From NCBI GenBank assembly GCA_029953675.1, contig JAMWBK010000011.1:930001-994000 (forward strand): DNA of 64,000 nucleotides, given 5' to 3'. The DNA comes from Rhodosorus marinus CCMP1338. Taxonomy: Eukaryota; Plantae; Rhodophyta. Made by a program: the position numbers and the translations under genes. The first letter of the stretch is position 1, and every line of letters starts with the position of its first letter. The notes under the pieces are model-generated. The model searched no databases and was not told the DNA's origin. It was given only the letters and a program-made list of their open reading frames with translations. This document shows, in pieces, positions 1-10,902 of the stretch.

Positions 1-292
1 ACAAAAAGCGTGTTGATTTGTAAAGTAGAGCGTCCGAAGCTGATCGAGGACGATTCTATCCAAAGGCGTCCGTTGGTAGACTTGCTCGGGGTGGTAAAGG
101 CTGTGGCGCTGATGTAGAGTTCAAGACACAGGTGTCGTGAGGGGATACGCCGACGAAATTGTTGAGACAAAAAGTGCTTGTGAGTTTTACTTGATTTGAT
201 TATCTAGAAGTTGAAAGTATGTTCGGTTTTTGTCTATTTTTCAAATTTGCCCTTTTCTCCCCGGTGGTCAGGTTGGGTTTCCACCGCTCAAG

Positions 293-1876
293 CTAATTCT
301 GGTAGTGGTAGTTGACCTCAACGTCCACCCAACGAGAGCACCTGGATGGACTGTCACAGACCTTGACAATGTAGGGCTGGGTTCCCTGAAGGACTGGATT
401 GTTCAACTGGAATGTTCTCATCGGAAGGAGGGTATCATCCCCGCTAGTTGTGTCGTGGTCCTTGGTTGAAACGGCGAAGGATTTGAACGACCTGTAGCCG
501 AGCGAGCTGGCGTAGTTCCAGACGGGATTATGGTTTCCTCTGATAGTAGGTGTCTTCATGGTGACTGTCCTTCCGTCCACGTCAGTTGCCACAATAGTTA
601 CGTATGGATCAGAGTCACCTGCACCAAAACCGTCCTTGTCCGGAAGGTTGTGTCCTCCGAGTACCTTGAGGATGAGCTTTCCGAACGGGCGCTCGCAGTT
701 TACGCCAGTGAACCCACGCGGGCAGTTGCATACGTAGTCTGCTTCGAGATCTACGCATTCTCCTCCATTCTCGCAAGGGTTTCTTGCGCATTCATCACGG
801 TCCGCGGTCAACTCTGTCCTAAACCTTAGCACGCCCTTGTCCGTCGCTCCTGACGAGTGGTACATGACGTTTTGGGATGATCCAATTCTAACAGGGAATA
901 TTTGGCTGTAGAAGATCAAGTCGTCATCAGACCCGCTGTCGTCATCGAGGACGTGGACCCTATAGTACATCCATTCGTCAACGTTGAAATCGATCTTCTG
1001 GTTCCATTCGGGATTGTTGTTGTCACGGATCACTCTCGTCTGCTGGGTAACCTTGTGTCCGGCGGCGTTGTAAGCTTCCACTTTGACGTACGTATCTGGT
1101 CTCGACCTACCGAAGTAGATGCTAGGGTCCTTATCCGGCAATCCCTCCGCGCGCTGAATGGTGATCGAGAACCTCCCGTTAGTACCCGTTCCCGGACAGG
1201 TGTACATTCTGTTGAGCGTCAGGATGTCGCTTGAGGTCAGGTCGGTTGAGCCTCCCAACGGGTATGCGGGGTTGTACTTGTAGGTCAGAGTCCTGCGGCC
1301 GTTTCCACTCAAGAAATTGTTTCCATAGTGCATGATCGATCTGGTGTCATATCGTACACCGTAATGATCAACATCGCTCCACGACTCCTTGTCGAACTGT
1401 TTTTCGTATAGGTCGTCGTCTGTTCTCACGTTATTGAGGTGCACGTTGAGGTAGGAATCACGGTCTGGGCGGTTGTGTTCGTGGAAGAGGCCAAGAGCGT
1501 GTCCGATCTCATGTACAATCTCCGTGTAGGTGTTTTCAAAGCCATCGTCGCATCCCGATCCAAAGTTGACCGTCTGAACACCTCCCTTAAAACCAATAGT
1601 CTCCGAGAAGCATCTCGGTTCGCTAGCCTGGAATCGGATCCTGTTCCGCGCACGTGTGGACTCGATGAAATTTAGACACGTCGTTTCCTGGTACCGCTTG
1701 CTGCTTCTCTTGATATCGGTTTCCTGCCTGTACGACAGACTCGAGTCGAGCTCGTAGAACACCGTACGATGGGGCCACTTCCTGCTGTCTGATCGAACTG
1801 CTGCCGATCCACTACTAAACTCGATCACCGAGGCGATCGCAGCCATCGTCAATAGTATCTTCACCATTCCAGCCAT
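293..1876 (-). CDS. Secreted astacin (M12A) zinc metalloprotease, SP-astacin-C2-EGF-C2, copy 1 (527 aa)
   Basis: Intronless ORF. Hydrophobic signal peptide; astacin signature [19 protein letters not shown]; Met-turn SIMHY; terminal NRMYTC. Then a C2 domain ([33 protein letters not shown]), a 6-Cys EGF ([32 protein letters not shown]) and a second C2 ([23 protein letters not shown]). Confidence 0.93.
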   Translation of the reverse strand: MAGMVKILLTMAAIASVIEFSSGSAAVRSDSRKWPHRTVFYELDSSLSYRQETDIKRSSKRYQETTCLNFIESTRARNRIRFQASEPRCFSETIGFKGGVQTVNFGSGCDDGFENTYTEIVHEIGHALGLFHEHNRPDRDSYLNVHLNNVRTDDDLYEKQFDKESWSDVDHYGVRYDTRSIMHYGNNFLSGNGRRTLTYKYNPAYPLGGSTDLTSSDILTLNRMYTCPGTGTNGRFSITIQRAEGLPDKDPSIYFGRSRPDTYVKVEAYNAAGHKVTQQTRVIRDNNNPEWNQKIDFNVDEWMYYRVHVLDDDSGSDDDLIFYSQIFPVRIGSSQNVMYHSSGATDKGVLRFRTELTADRDECARNPCENGGECVDLEADYVCNCPRGFTGVNCERPFGKLILKVLGGHNLPDKDGFGAGDSDPYVTIVATDVDGRTVTMKTPTIRGNHNPVWNYASSLGYRSFKSFAVSTKDHDTTSGDDTLLPMRTFQLNNPVLQGTQPYIVKVCDSPSRCSRWVDVEVNYHYQN

Positions 1877-1993
1877 TTCTGATGCTTCTATTGTTCTTTG
1901 CCTTGTTGTAGTCTCTTTGTTCTGTTCTCCTTACTATTCACTGTCTTGACATGCAATTCGAACCCACCGGTGCTGGGGTTCATCGGTTGACTC

Positions 1994-2001
1994 TATAAAT
2001 A
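1994..2001 (-). promoter_or_regulatory. Putative TATA element of astacin copy 1 (TATTTATA on the coding strand)
   Basis: Lies ~120 nt upstream of the ATG, the same spacing as the TATA-like boxes before the other three copies. Confidence 0.4.
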
Positions 2002-2689
2002 CTCACTGCACCTGATGGCAGTCCGAGAAAGATGAAGGTCATGGGGATCTATACTAGCCCAACGGGGTAAAGTTACCTCGTCTTCCAAATCGAGGGTCAC
2101 GTGCTTTCATTATTTGAAAGTCGCCGAACAAGACACGATCGGGGGGGGGGAGAAAGCGCTCCAACGGAAGCAGCCCGCCACTCACAAAACAGCAGCAATG
2201 CCATCAGGACTCTCAGCCAGAAGACAACTCCACTATTGCGCACCTCTTTTGATTCCCCTGTGCAGCCCAACCCCAAAACCTAAAACGAAAACAAGAAAAC
2301 TCCGGCGTACTCCCAGACTGTCAACCAAAGCCAAAAGCATTGTTCGACAATCCGATATCAACAAAAAATTTCGAGCCACTTGTAGTAAATCTGTATCGAA
2401 CAAATGGTCTCGCTCGTCAGCTCCTCCACGCTTTATTTACATTCACGAAAACAAACGTAAATCAGAAAAAGTGCCATTTGGCCACTTACTCATTGAACTT
2501 GTTGTAACAGCTGCAGCCCAAGATGAACACTACAGCCACAATCCGATCTCAAAAAACTAAGTTTAACCCACTCGTACTCACTGTGTGGTATCAAACAACC
2601 AGGTTTTGCTCATCAGCTCCTTCTCACGCCATCGCTACTTTATAAAAATGACGAATAACGGAAACGTCAGTCCTAATCTCATTGGGGGC

Positions 2690-2829
2690 GGGTTCAGTGT
2701 CGCTTTACGGCGATATACTTTCAGCATGGTAGCCGAGGCTCGCTACTGCCGCTTTGGCTTGCACGCTTTAGTTCCTCGCACCTAGTTCGCACTACGCCCT
2801 GCTTAGCGCTTGAAGCCGTCTTAGCAAAA
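2690..2829 (+). mobile_element. 3'-terminal remnant of the REL-type non-LTR retrotransposon family seen at 9799-10790
   Basis: Translates SVALRRYTFSMVAEARYCRFGLHALVP, versus SISLWRYSSDMLAEARHRRLGLHALLP in the 9.8-kb copy. It is followed by AGCGCTTGAAGCCGTCTTAGCAAAA, which resembles the family terminus AGCGCWTCAGGCTATGYTAGTAAA. Confidence 0.7.
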
Positions 2830-3498
2830 GCACGAATCTCATCTCAACAACTTGTGCCGAAAGGTATTTTTTTTACCACCGACCTTTGCAACTGGCAGCC
2901 CAAACGTGCGGCTTGCTTTGTTAACAATTGACATCCACGTTGTTTCTAATTGACCCACAAAGAGCTTGGCAAAGCACATTAAGAAAAGCCCATTCGTAAT
3001 CAAAAACGCTTGTGCAGATGTTCGCTTCTAAAAGCTATCAAAAAACTTCCAGTTTTCCAATAATCTACTTTCTGCAGCTTAGAACCGAAAGCGTGGACCC
3101 TTTTCAGACAGCCCGCATGCCTATTTTTTCTAATATTTTGATACAAGATTCGATGACCGTTAACATTATTTTCGTTATTCGATTTTAACTTGATTGAATT
3201 TGGCTGGGCTCCTTGGAGAATGGAATTAGCTTACATTTTCGAGTTTATTACTTATTTCTAATAAGTTCTTAGTTTGGATGTCGAAAGTTTCGCGCTGTTT
3301 TCGAGTAGTTGGGGATCGGCGAGTTTGGGCTTCTGAAGAAACTAAGGTTCAGGGTGCTGAGGGAGCAGTTAGTAGCGACAAGATTTTCTTTGTACTGTTT
3401 TAGTTGTGAACTAGCTGAAATTACAAGATGATTAGACCCGGTATATATTCGCAGAAGCCCCGAATCTAGTAGAGTAAAGATCGTTCTCTATGGGCATA

Positions 3499-5070
3499 TC
3501 AGTTGTGGTAGTTGATCTCTACGGTCACGTAGCGGTCACAGGTCTGTTGGTGGTCACAAGCTTGGACAATGTAAGGGTTTCCAGCTGGGACCGGGTTACC
3601 AAGCTGGAACGTCGTCGGTGGTAGCAGCGTGTCATCTCCGCTCAGCGTATCGTCATCCTTGGTGTACACGGTGATCGATTTGAAAGAGCGGTAGCCAAGC
3701 GAGTCCGCGTAGTTCCAGACAGGGTTGTGGTTGCCACCGATCACCGGCGTCTGCATGCTCACCGTGTTTCCGTCAATATCCCTCGCGACAATCTTCACAT
3801 ACGGATCGGACTTTCCCGCTCCGAATCCGTCCTTATCCGGCAGGTTGTGCCCTTCAAGGACCTTCAGGATCAGCTTTCCGAACGGACGTTCACAGTTGTC
3901 ACCGGTGAAGCCACGTGGACAGTTACAAATATAATCCGCCTCCAGGTCCACACATTCTCCTCCGTTCTGGCAAGGGTTCCTAGCACACTCGTCCCGGTCT
4001 GCAACCATTTCCGTTCGGAACCTCAGTACACCCTTATTCGTCTCTCCGGGTGAGTGGTACATCACATTCTGCACATTTCCAATTCTCATTGGGAACATTT
4101 GGCTGTGGAAGATTTCGTCGTCCGACCCGGTGTCCTCGTCACGAACATGCAGTCTGTAGTACATCCATTCGTCGACGTCAAAATCGAATCTCTGGTTCCA
4201 AACCGGATTATTGTTGTTATCGATCACACTGGTCTTCTGCGATATTCTCTGTCCGGAAGCATTGAAAGCCTCGATCTTGACGTAAGTATCGGGTTTCTTC
4301 CTACCAAAGTATACACTTGGATCCTTATTGGGCAGTCCCTCCGCCTTCTGAATGGTAATTGAGAACCTCCCGTTCGTACCCGTTCCGGGACAGGTGTACA
4401 TTCTGTTGAGCGTGAGTATGTCACTCCTACTGAGAGTAGTGGAGCCTCCCAAGGGATACGCAGGATTGTATTTGTACGTCATTGTCTTGCCACCGTTTCC
4501 ACTCAAAAAGTTGTTCCCGTAGTGCATAATGGATCTGGTATCGTATCGAACTCCATAGTTGTCAACATCCTTCCATGACTCCTTCTCGAACTGCTTCTTG
4601 TACCGGTCGTCATCTGTTCTCACGTTGTGCAGGTACACATTGATGTAATCGTCACGATCGGGACGGTTGTGCTCGTGGAAGAGACCAACCGCATGTCCGA
4701 TCTCATGAACAATCTTGGTGATGGTGTTTGCAAATCCGTCATCACAGCCAGGCCCAAGATTGACCTTCTGAACGCCTCCCTTGAGTCCAACACCTTCAGA
4801 AAAGCAATTCGACTCACTGCCCTGGAATCGGATCCTGTTTTTCGCGCTTGATGATTTGATAAACTTGAGGCAAGTCGCGTCTTTGTATAGGCTGAAGGCT
4901 TTCTTGATATCTGTCTTTTGTTTGTATGAAAGCGACCTGTGAAACTCGTAGTACACTTTTCGATTTGGCCACTTCTTGCCGTTAGATCTGACGGCGGCTG
5001 TTGCAGAGCAGAACTCGATAACCACCGCGATCATCACCAAAGCGATGAACATATTTACAAGTCTCGACAT
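3499..5070 (-). CDS. Secreted astacin-C2-EGF-C2 metalloprotease, copy 2
   Basis: [24 protein letters not shown], two C2 domains and one EGF. The ORF is open to 5103; the ATG at 5070 (MSRLVNMF) aligns with the paralogue starts. Confidence 0.93.
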   Translation of the reverse strand: MSRLVNMFIALVMIAVVIEFCSATAAVRSNGKKWPNRKVYYEFHRSLSYKQKTDIKKAFSLYKDATCLKFIKSSSAKNRIRFQGSESNCFSEGVGLKGGVQKVNLGPGCDDGFANTITKIVHEIGHAVGLFHEHNRPDRDDYINVYLHNVRTDDDRYKKQFEKESWKDVDNYGVRYDTRSIMHYGNNFLSGNGGKTMTYKYNPAYPLGGSTTLSRSDILTLNRMYTCPGTGTNGRFSITIQKAEGLPNKDPSVYFGRKKPDTYVKIEAFNASGQRISQKTSVIDNNNNPVWNQRFDFDVDEWMYYRLHVRDEDTGSDDEIFHSQMFPMRIGNVQNVMYHSPGETNKGVLRFRTEMVADRDECARNPCQNGGECVDLEADYICNCPRGFTGDNCERPFGKLILKVLEGHNLPDKDGFGAGKSDPYVKIVARDIDGNTVSMQTPVIGGNHNPVWNYADSLGYRSFKSITVYTKDDDTLSGDDTLLPPTTFQLGNPVPAGNPYIVQACDHQQTCDRYVTVEINYHN

Positions 5071-5190
5071 TTCTCCTTTATGTTGTTTTCCTTCTCGTGC
5101 CAAATTGTATTCTAATTTCTGTTCTCCTTCTTCCTTCTCGTTGTTGTTGGTTCCTCAAGCCCATCCACCTCTCATGCAAGGCTCAGACAG

Positions 5191-5198
5191 TATATATA
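5191..5198 (-). promoter_or_regulatory. Putative TATA box of astacin copy 2 (TATATATA)
   Basis: Lies ~120 nt upstream of the ATG at 5070. Confidence 0.45.
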
Positions 5199-6687
5199 GT
5201 CACACACTCAGAGCATCTACACCCAGAACGAATGCGTTTCTCCATCAGGACCGGAGCCCACGGGACGATAGCGCAAAAGATACATGAAGTAAAAAGAAGT
5301 GTTAACACACACCACAAACCCTCGATTCAACGGAATACTTAGCCAGCAGCAATTCCGTCTAAAAACGCTTAGTTCTATACAACCGCCCCAAAAACCCCAA
5401 CTTGGCCTGAATCATCCAAATCCGATACCATTTTCTCAGAAAGCACTCCATTGCTTCACAGAGCTTATCTCCTCGTTAGAAACAATTCGGGTGCTGACGG
5501 CTCGACGGCAGTTATCGATGGAGCTCGGCGAGGATCGCCTGGAATCAGATGAGCCATTAAACCGCAACGCTCGTGCAGAGTAAAAGGCCAAAGAAAAACA
5601 TATTTTTTGATATATCGAAATTCTTGCCTACCGTCAGGTTGAGTAAGGAACCCAATGCATCTTCCCCAATGATCTTTCCTCGGCCTACTCTGGTCTGGTC
5701 TAGAAACTAAGGCTTTTCATCTGTAACGATTCGGGGGAACATGGCATTTCCTGAATCGTTTTATCAAATAGTTTTCCATGAACTCGCCTTATGGTAAGAA
5801 ATTGGAATATTCAATTTTCCGTGTTTCCTTAGAAATTGACTCATTTAGGACAAAATCTATGGTTCTGCACGGGGAAATCTGACGTAAGAAAAATGTCGTT
5901 TAGTTTGCTGTTTTCAAACATTTTCCTGTTTTTTCATGTATTTGCAATTTGTTTTTTAAGATGTGATTAGATTATTTAACAATATTATATGTTTGATTTA
6001 TAGGTAGTGGCAAGCTTTATGATCGCCCAATAGAAATCCAGTCCTTGATATGCCGAAGTATCGCTCACTTTTTTCAATGAGAAACTCCCCTCGTTTTGAT
6101 CTTTTTTGGGACTTGGTGAAAAGTTCTGAATTTCATACTTCATCGATTATCCAATGGTTGCCTATTATGTTCCCGGAATTAGTCGATCAGCGAATGATAT
6201 GAACAGAGAAGAATACCAAAGCCAATCAGCCACTATGGATGGAGTTAATTGTCGAAGTTTCTCTTCTGGGGTCCTGGTGTGTTCAGTGCTTGGTTTGGTT
6301 GATCGTTGGAGTGGATCCGCAAACTGTTCTGTTCTCCACGGGAGGCTTAATATGTATTATCTATCTACTAAAATTGAAGGCTTGCATTGATTATCCACTC
6401 CTGGGCACTCTTGGAGGTTTGTTGGAACTGGGTGCCCTCCATTCTTGTCATTGCTATTCAGAAAACTTTGCCCTTGTGACTGAATGGCGAAGCTCCTGGG
6501 GCTTTCGACTACGACGATACCAACCCTGCCACATAAAAGCAAACAAGATACCCAGTTCTTTCCCAGCTTTTGCTTTGTTTAGATGCGTGTTAACTGAAGT
6601 GTTGATTCTAGGTCATTTTTCCATAATCACAAACTGCGGCACTACGTGATAACAGGTTGTTTTGCAAAGTTTGACTCTCTATACATG

Positions 6688-8259
6688 TCAGTTGTGGTAG
6701 TTGATCTCTACGGTCACGTAGCGGTCACAGGTCTGTTGGTGGTCACAAGCTTGGACAATGTAAGGGTTTCCAGCTGGGACCGGGTTACCAAGCTGGAACG
6801 TCGTCGGTGGTAGCAGCGTGTCATCTCCGCTCAGCGTATCGTCATCCTTGGTGTACACGGTGATCGATTTGAAAGAGCGGTAGCCAAGCGAGTCCGCGTA
6901 GTTCCAGACAGGGTTGTGGTTGCCACCGATCACCGGCGTCTGCATGCTCACCGTGTTTCCGTCAATATCCCTCGCGACAATCTTCACATACGGATCGGAC
7001 TTTCCCGCTCCGAATCCGTCCTTATCCGGCAGGTTGTGCCCTTCAAGGACCTTCAGGATCAGCTTTCCGAACGGACGTTCACAGTTGTCACCGGTGAAGC
7101 CACGTGGACAGTTACAAATATAATCCGCCTCCAGGTCCACACATTCTCCTCCGTTCTGGCAAGGGTTCCTAGCACACTCGTCCCGGTCTGCAACCATTTC
7201 CGTTCGGAACCTCAGTACACCCTTATTCGTCTCTCCGGGTGAGTGGTACATCACATTCTGCACATTTCCAATTCTCATTGGGAACATTTGGCTGTGGAAG
7301 ATTTCGTCGTCCGACCCGGTGTCCTCGTCACGAACATGCAGTCTGTAGTACATCCATTCGTCGACGTCAAAATCGAATCTCTGGTTCCAAACCGGATTAT
7401 TGTTGTTATCGATCACACTGGTCTTCTGTGACATTCTCTGTCCGGAAGCATTGAAAGCCTCGATCTTGACGTACGTATCGGGTTTCTTCCTTCCAAAGTA
7501 TACGCTCGGATCCTTATTGGGCAGTCCCTCCGCCTTCTGAATGGTGATTGAGAATCTCCCGTTCGTACCCGTTCCGGGACAGGTGTACATTCTGCTGAGC
7601 GTGAGGATATCACTCCTACTGAGAGTAGTGGAGCCTCCCAAGGGATACGCAGGATTATATTTGTACGTCATTGTCTTGCCACCGTTTCCACTCAAAAAGT
7701 TGCTTCCGTAATGCATGATGGATCTGGTGTCGTATCTGACTCCATAGTTGTCGACGTCGCTCCATGATTCCTTGTTGAACTGCTTCTTGTACAAATCGTT
7801 GTCTGTTCTTACGTTGTCCAGGTGCACTTTGATATAGGTGTCACGATCGGGACGGTTGTGTTCGTGGAAAAGACCAACCGCGTGTCCGATCTCATGCACG
7901 ATCTCGGTGTAGGTGTTTTCAAATCCGTCGTCACACCCAGACCCAAAGTTCACCTTCTGCACACCGCCTTTGAATCCAGTGGTTTCCGAGAAGCACCTGT
8001 TCTCCTTCGCCTGGAATCGGATCCGGTTCTTCGCGTTTGGTGACTTAATAAACTTGAGACAAGTCGCATCCTTGTACTGCTTGATAGCTCTTTTGATGTC
8101 GGTCTTCTGTCTGTAGGAAAGCGAGCTGTGGAACTCGTAGAACACGGTGCGATTAGGCCACTTCCTCTTGCTAGATCTGATTGCTGCTGTTGCAGAGCAG
8201 AAATCGATCACCACCACAATCATCGCCAACGCGATGAACATATTTACAAGTCTCGCCAT
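6688..8259 (-). CDS. Secreted astacin-C2-EGF-C2 metalloprotease, copy 3
   Basis: Same motifs as the other copies. The start is placed at MARLVNMF (8259) by alignment with copies 2 and 4; the ORF track extension to 8427 is not conserved. Confidence 0.93.
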   Translation of the reverse strand: MARLVNMFIALAMIVVVIDFCSATAAIRSSKRKWPNRTVFYEFHSSLSYRQKTDIKRAIKQYKDATCLKFIKSPNAKNRIRFQAKENRCFSETTGFKGGVQKVNFGSGCDDGFENTYTEIVHEIGHAVGLFHEHNRPDRDTYIKVHLDNVRTDNDLYKKQFNKESWSDVDNYGVRYDTRSIMHYGSNFLSGNGGKTMTYKYNPAYPLGGSTTLSRSDILTLSRMYTCPGTGTNGRFSITIQKAEGLPNKDPSVYFGRKKPDTYVKIEAFNASGQRMSQKTSVIDNNNNPVWNQRFDFDVDEWMYYRLHVRDEDTGSDDEIFHSQMFPMRIGNVQNVMYHSPGETNKGVLRFRTEMVADRDECARNPCQNGGECVDLEADYICNCPRGFTGDNCERPFGKLILKVLEGHNLPDKDGFGAGKSDPYVKIVARDIDGNTVSMQTPVIGGNHNPVWNYADSLGYRSFKSITVYTKDDDTLSGDDTLLPPTTFQLGNPVPAGNPYIVQACDHQQTCDRYVTVEINYHN

Positions 8260-8369
8260 TTCAGGTTGTCTCCTCCCGTCCTTGCTGTATCGCTTGCTCC
8301 TGACTTCTAGTTTTCTTCTTGGTTGCTGTGTTGGTAGATTCCTGCAACCCCTCCACGTTATTTCACTCG

Positions 8370-8377
8370 TATTTATA
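8370..8377 (-). promoter_or_regulatory. Putative TATA box of astacin copy 3 (TATAAATA)
   Basis: Consensus TATA on the coding strand, ~110 nt upstream of the ATG. Confidence 0.5.
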
Positions 8378-9798
8378 CACGGGCAGGCCCACGCGAGGGT
8401 GCAATTAGCTGGCCATGCCATGCTCAAGGAAGTCGGAGCCCAATGCCCATTCGCCGTACAATGAAAATCAAGTTCAAGTCACTGTCCGTCTGCACATCTT
8501 TGCTTACGGAAAATCCTCATTCCAACCATAACTTCCCCTAAAAATAATAGCGTTGATCGGGTGACCTCGATTTAAGTGGGAGCCTAAAACAGCAATAGTG
8601 CCATAAAACTCACCGCCCCGTTTCTTCCCCCCCTAGTACGTTTCAGTCCGGACGCAGGTAACTGCACTGACGCCCAACCTTCAAATTGCATAAATCACCA
8701 ACTATGCTTGATAGAGCTGGTAATATTGCACCTCCTAAAAGAGTGGCGGTCTTGGAAGTGCGGACGGCAAGGCGAGGTGCTGGCTGACCTTTTCGATACA
8801 GACTAAATATCGCGTGCAGTCACGCTTGCGGAATAGCTGTGAGCACCTCGCAATAAAGCAAAGCGTAAAGCTCGGTCCTTCGAGCGCTGATACTGAAACA
8901 CTCATGGCGTGATAGCCCAAAGACGATACAGGAACTTGCACTTCCCTGTGCTTGGTCGTTTCCTGACAAAGCCTAGCTGTAACCGTCGTGATATCTAGAC
9001 TGTGGAGAATAGTCAAGGGCCAAAGTCTCAGAACAGGGCTTCCGAGTAGGTGAATTCTACCAATCATTCCCATCCAAAACCTTCAAACCCCCGCATCTGT
9101 CAAGAAGACCCTTTCGCCAATAAAGGAAACAAAGTCCTCTCTTTCCAACCCAAAAAGGAGAAGCGCCCGAGGTTGGAAAGGCAGCGTTCGATGGCTAACC
9201 AACTTTTCACGATTCCCAAACTTTTATCCAGTGCTCGACCTCCCGGTAAAATATATTCCATTTTTCCGTACGCAACTACTTACTTCCCTTATTCTGAGCT
9301 GTTTCAATGGATACTCAAAGGAGTCTGATTTTAAGGTTTTTTAATTATTTACATGTAAGAATACGTAATGATAGGATTGCAGCCCAACTCTTCTGCAGCG
9401 TAAATCGCAAGAAATCATCAATTTGGTACTTTTTTTCATTTGTGTTTGTTAACCTATGATGCAACGATTCAATTGAAAGCTCCGCAGCTATTCAGGCCGG
9501 CCGAAAACTAGAAAGCTAGGACGCGGTGCCAATCGCTGCCCATATCGGAAGCGGCCGCCAGGCCGCCAGTTTTGTTCGTAGATGCAGTTACCATGTGCCC
9601 TGCACTTAAGGTTTTCCTCTTAGAAACATCTCAATGCAATACGATCCTTTTAGAAAAGAGGCTCTTGATCAGGCCAATGGAAACGTATCCTTGTCATATT
9701 GCACGTCTAATCAACAAATCGGATTCATAGAGAGGACTAATCTCAAATTAATTCTCGTTGTTATCAAAATAATCATTGGATGATCCAATAGACGCTGG

Positions 9799-10790
9799 TT
9801 TTACTAACATAGCCTGATGCGCTGCGCAAACGTACAAGGAAAATAGGGACTAGGAAGAAGAGCATGTAAACCCAGGCGACGGTGGCGCGCCTCGGCGAGC
9901 ATGTCGCTAGAATACCGCCATAGTGAGATACTTGAGCGGCGGAGGAGCACCAGATATTCTTCAGGATATTCGGTAAAGCACTTACGTAGCCACTCCAAAC
10001 TTGACTTTTCCCGACGCCAGAGGTTTCCACAATGAAAGGCTGGAACCCGTGAGACCGGTCCTCTTCCCCGGGAAGACTGGCCATGCTCTCAGAGTACCGT
10101 CGTTCCTTCACGTGGCGAAGTACAGAAGCTGCTGCCCCCTTCCGGAGAGAGGCAGAAGCGAGATGTGTACGGGACACGGGGCAAGTGACAGCGAGGTCCA
10201 CAGATGCTAAGCGTCTGGCTGCTGCGTCCGAGATCAGAAGATCTGCAATGCAACGAGCAGAGGTGGTTGCGGAGGGTGTAATGGGCTTTACTAGCATAGC
10301 CTGAAGCGCTACGAAAGGCGTGAAAAGGAACTAAGAACTAGGGAGGGAAGCGTGCAAACCCAGGCGCCGATACTAGGGGCAGTGCCGCTTCCACCTCGAC
10401 CGTGTAGCCAACTCTTGTCAAGTGTTCGCTCAGGATGTATTTCAGGCGCGTGTGTCTCTTCCTGCGATGACCTCGCATTTGTCCGCAGGAGCCCAGAAAA
10501 TGGTACCCACATCCGTCGATACGGCTCACACGTCCTTGGCAGAAGAAAAGGTGATTAGAATGCCAAGGGGCCTGTGGCAAACCCAAGTAGATGCGTGCCG
10601 CAGTCCGGAACTGGAAGGCGTCCAGTCGTTGGCCCGGTGATGAGGGCAGAGTGGTTAGCCATAGGTGGGATATATGGCCACTGACGAGCCGCAGTGGTAG
10701 GCGGAGTAAGTGGTGAGTTGAGCAAGACTGCGTGAGCAGCACTGTGTTGGCCCCAAGTGAGGCTATGTTGCATAGGCTTAACATTTAGTA
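9799..10790 (-). mobile_element. 5'-truncated, decayed non-LTR retrotransposon with a restriction-enzyme-like (REL) endonuclease (CRE-like/R2 group)
   Basis: WLTTLP..FRTAARIYLGLP; zinc-knuckle-like C..D.CGYHFLGSC..RKRH; then ADLLI..DLAVTCP..KERRY..FQPFIVETSG (PD-(D/E)xK REL type). After a frameshift near 10005 it reads LEWLRKCF..SISLWRYSSDML and ends TAGTAAAA. No reverse transcriptase is present. Confidence 0.8.
10287..10376 (-). mobile_element. 90-bp copy of the same family's 3' end, inserted into the element with a GCCC target-site duplication
   Basis: Flanked by GGGC at 10283-10286 and 10377-10380 (plus strand) and homologous to 9799-9885. Removing 94 bp joins EAALP to ITPSATTSARCIADLLI in frame. 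Confidence 0.8.
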
Positions 10791-10902
10791 TCTTGTTCGT
10801 TAAAAGGCTGGCTTTGTTTTATGTACTAGTTGAAGTTGTGGTGTTACCGTTCCTCTGTGTTCAGCTAAGCTTTTCCTAGTTCTACATTTCTCTATTTGCA
10901 TC

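Noticed and set aside
8260-8427. 56-aa N-terminal extension of astacin copy 3 in the ORF track
   Set aside because: It runs through the TATA box and leader, is absent or closed in the other copies, and would displace the signal peptide.
8735-9073. ORF faintly like a second REL endonuclease tail (LDITTVT..KHRE)
   Set aside because: No convincing PD..D or F.PF.VE motif and no nucleotide match to the 9.8-kb element.
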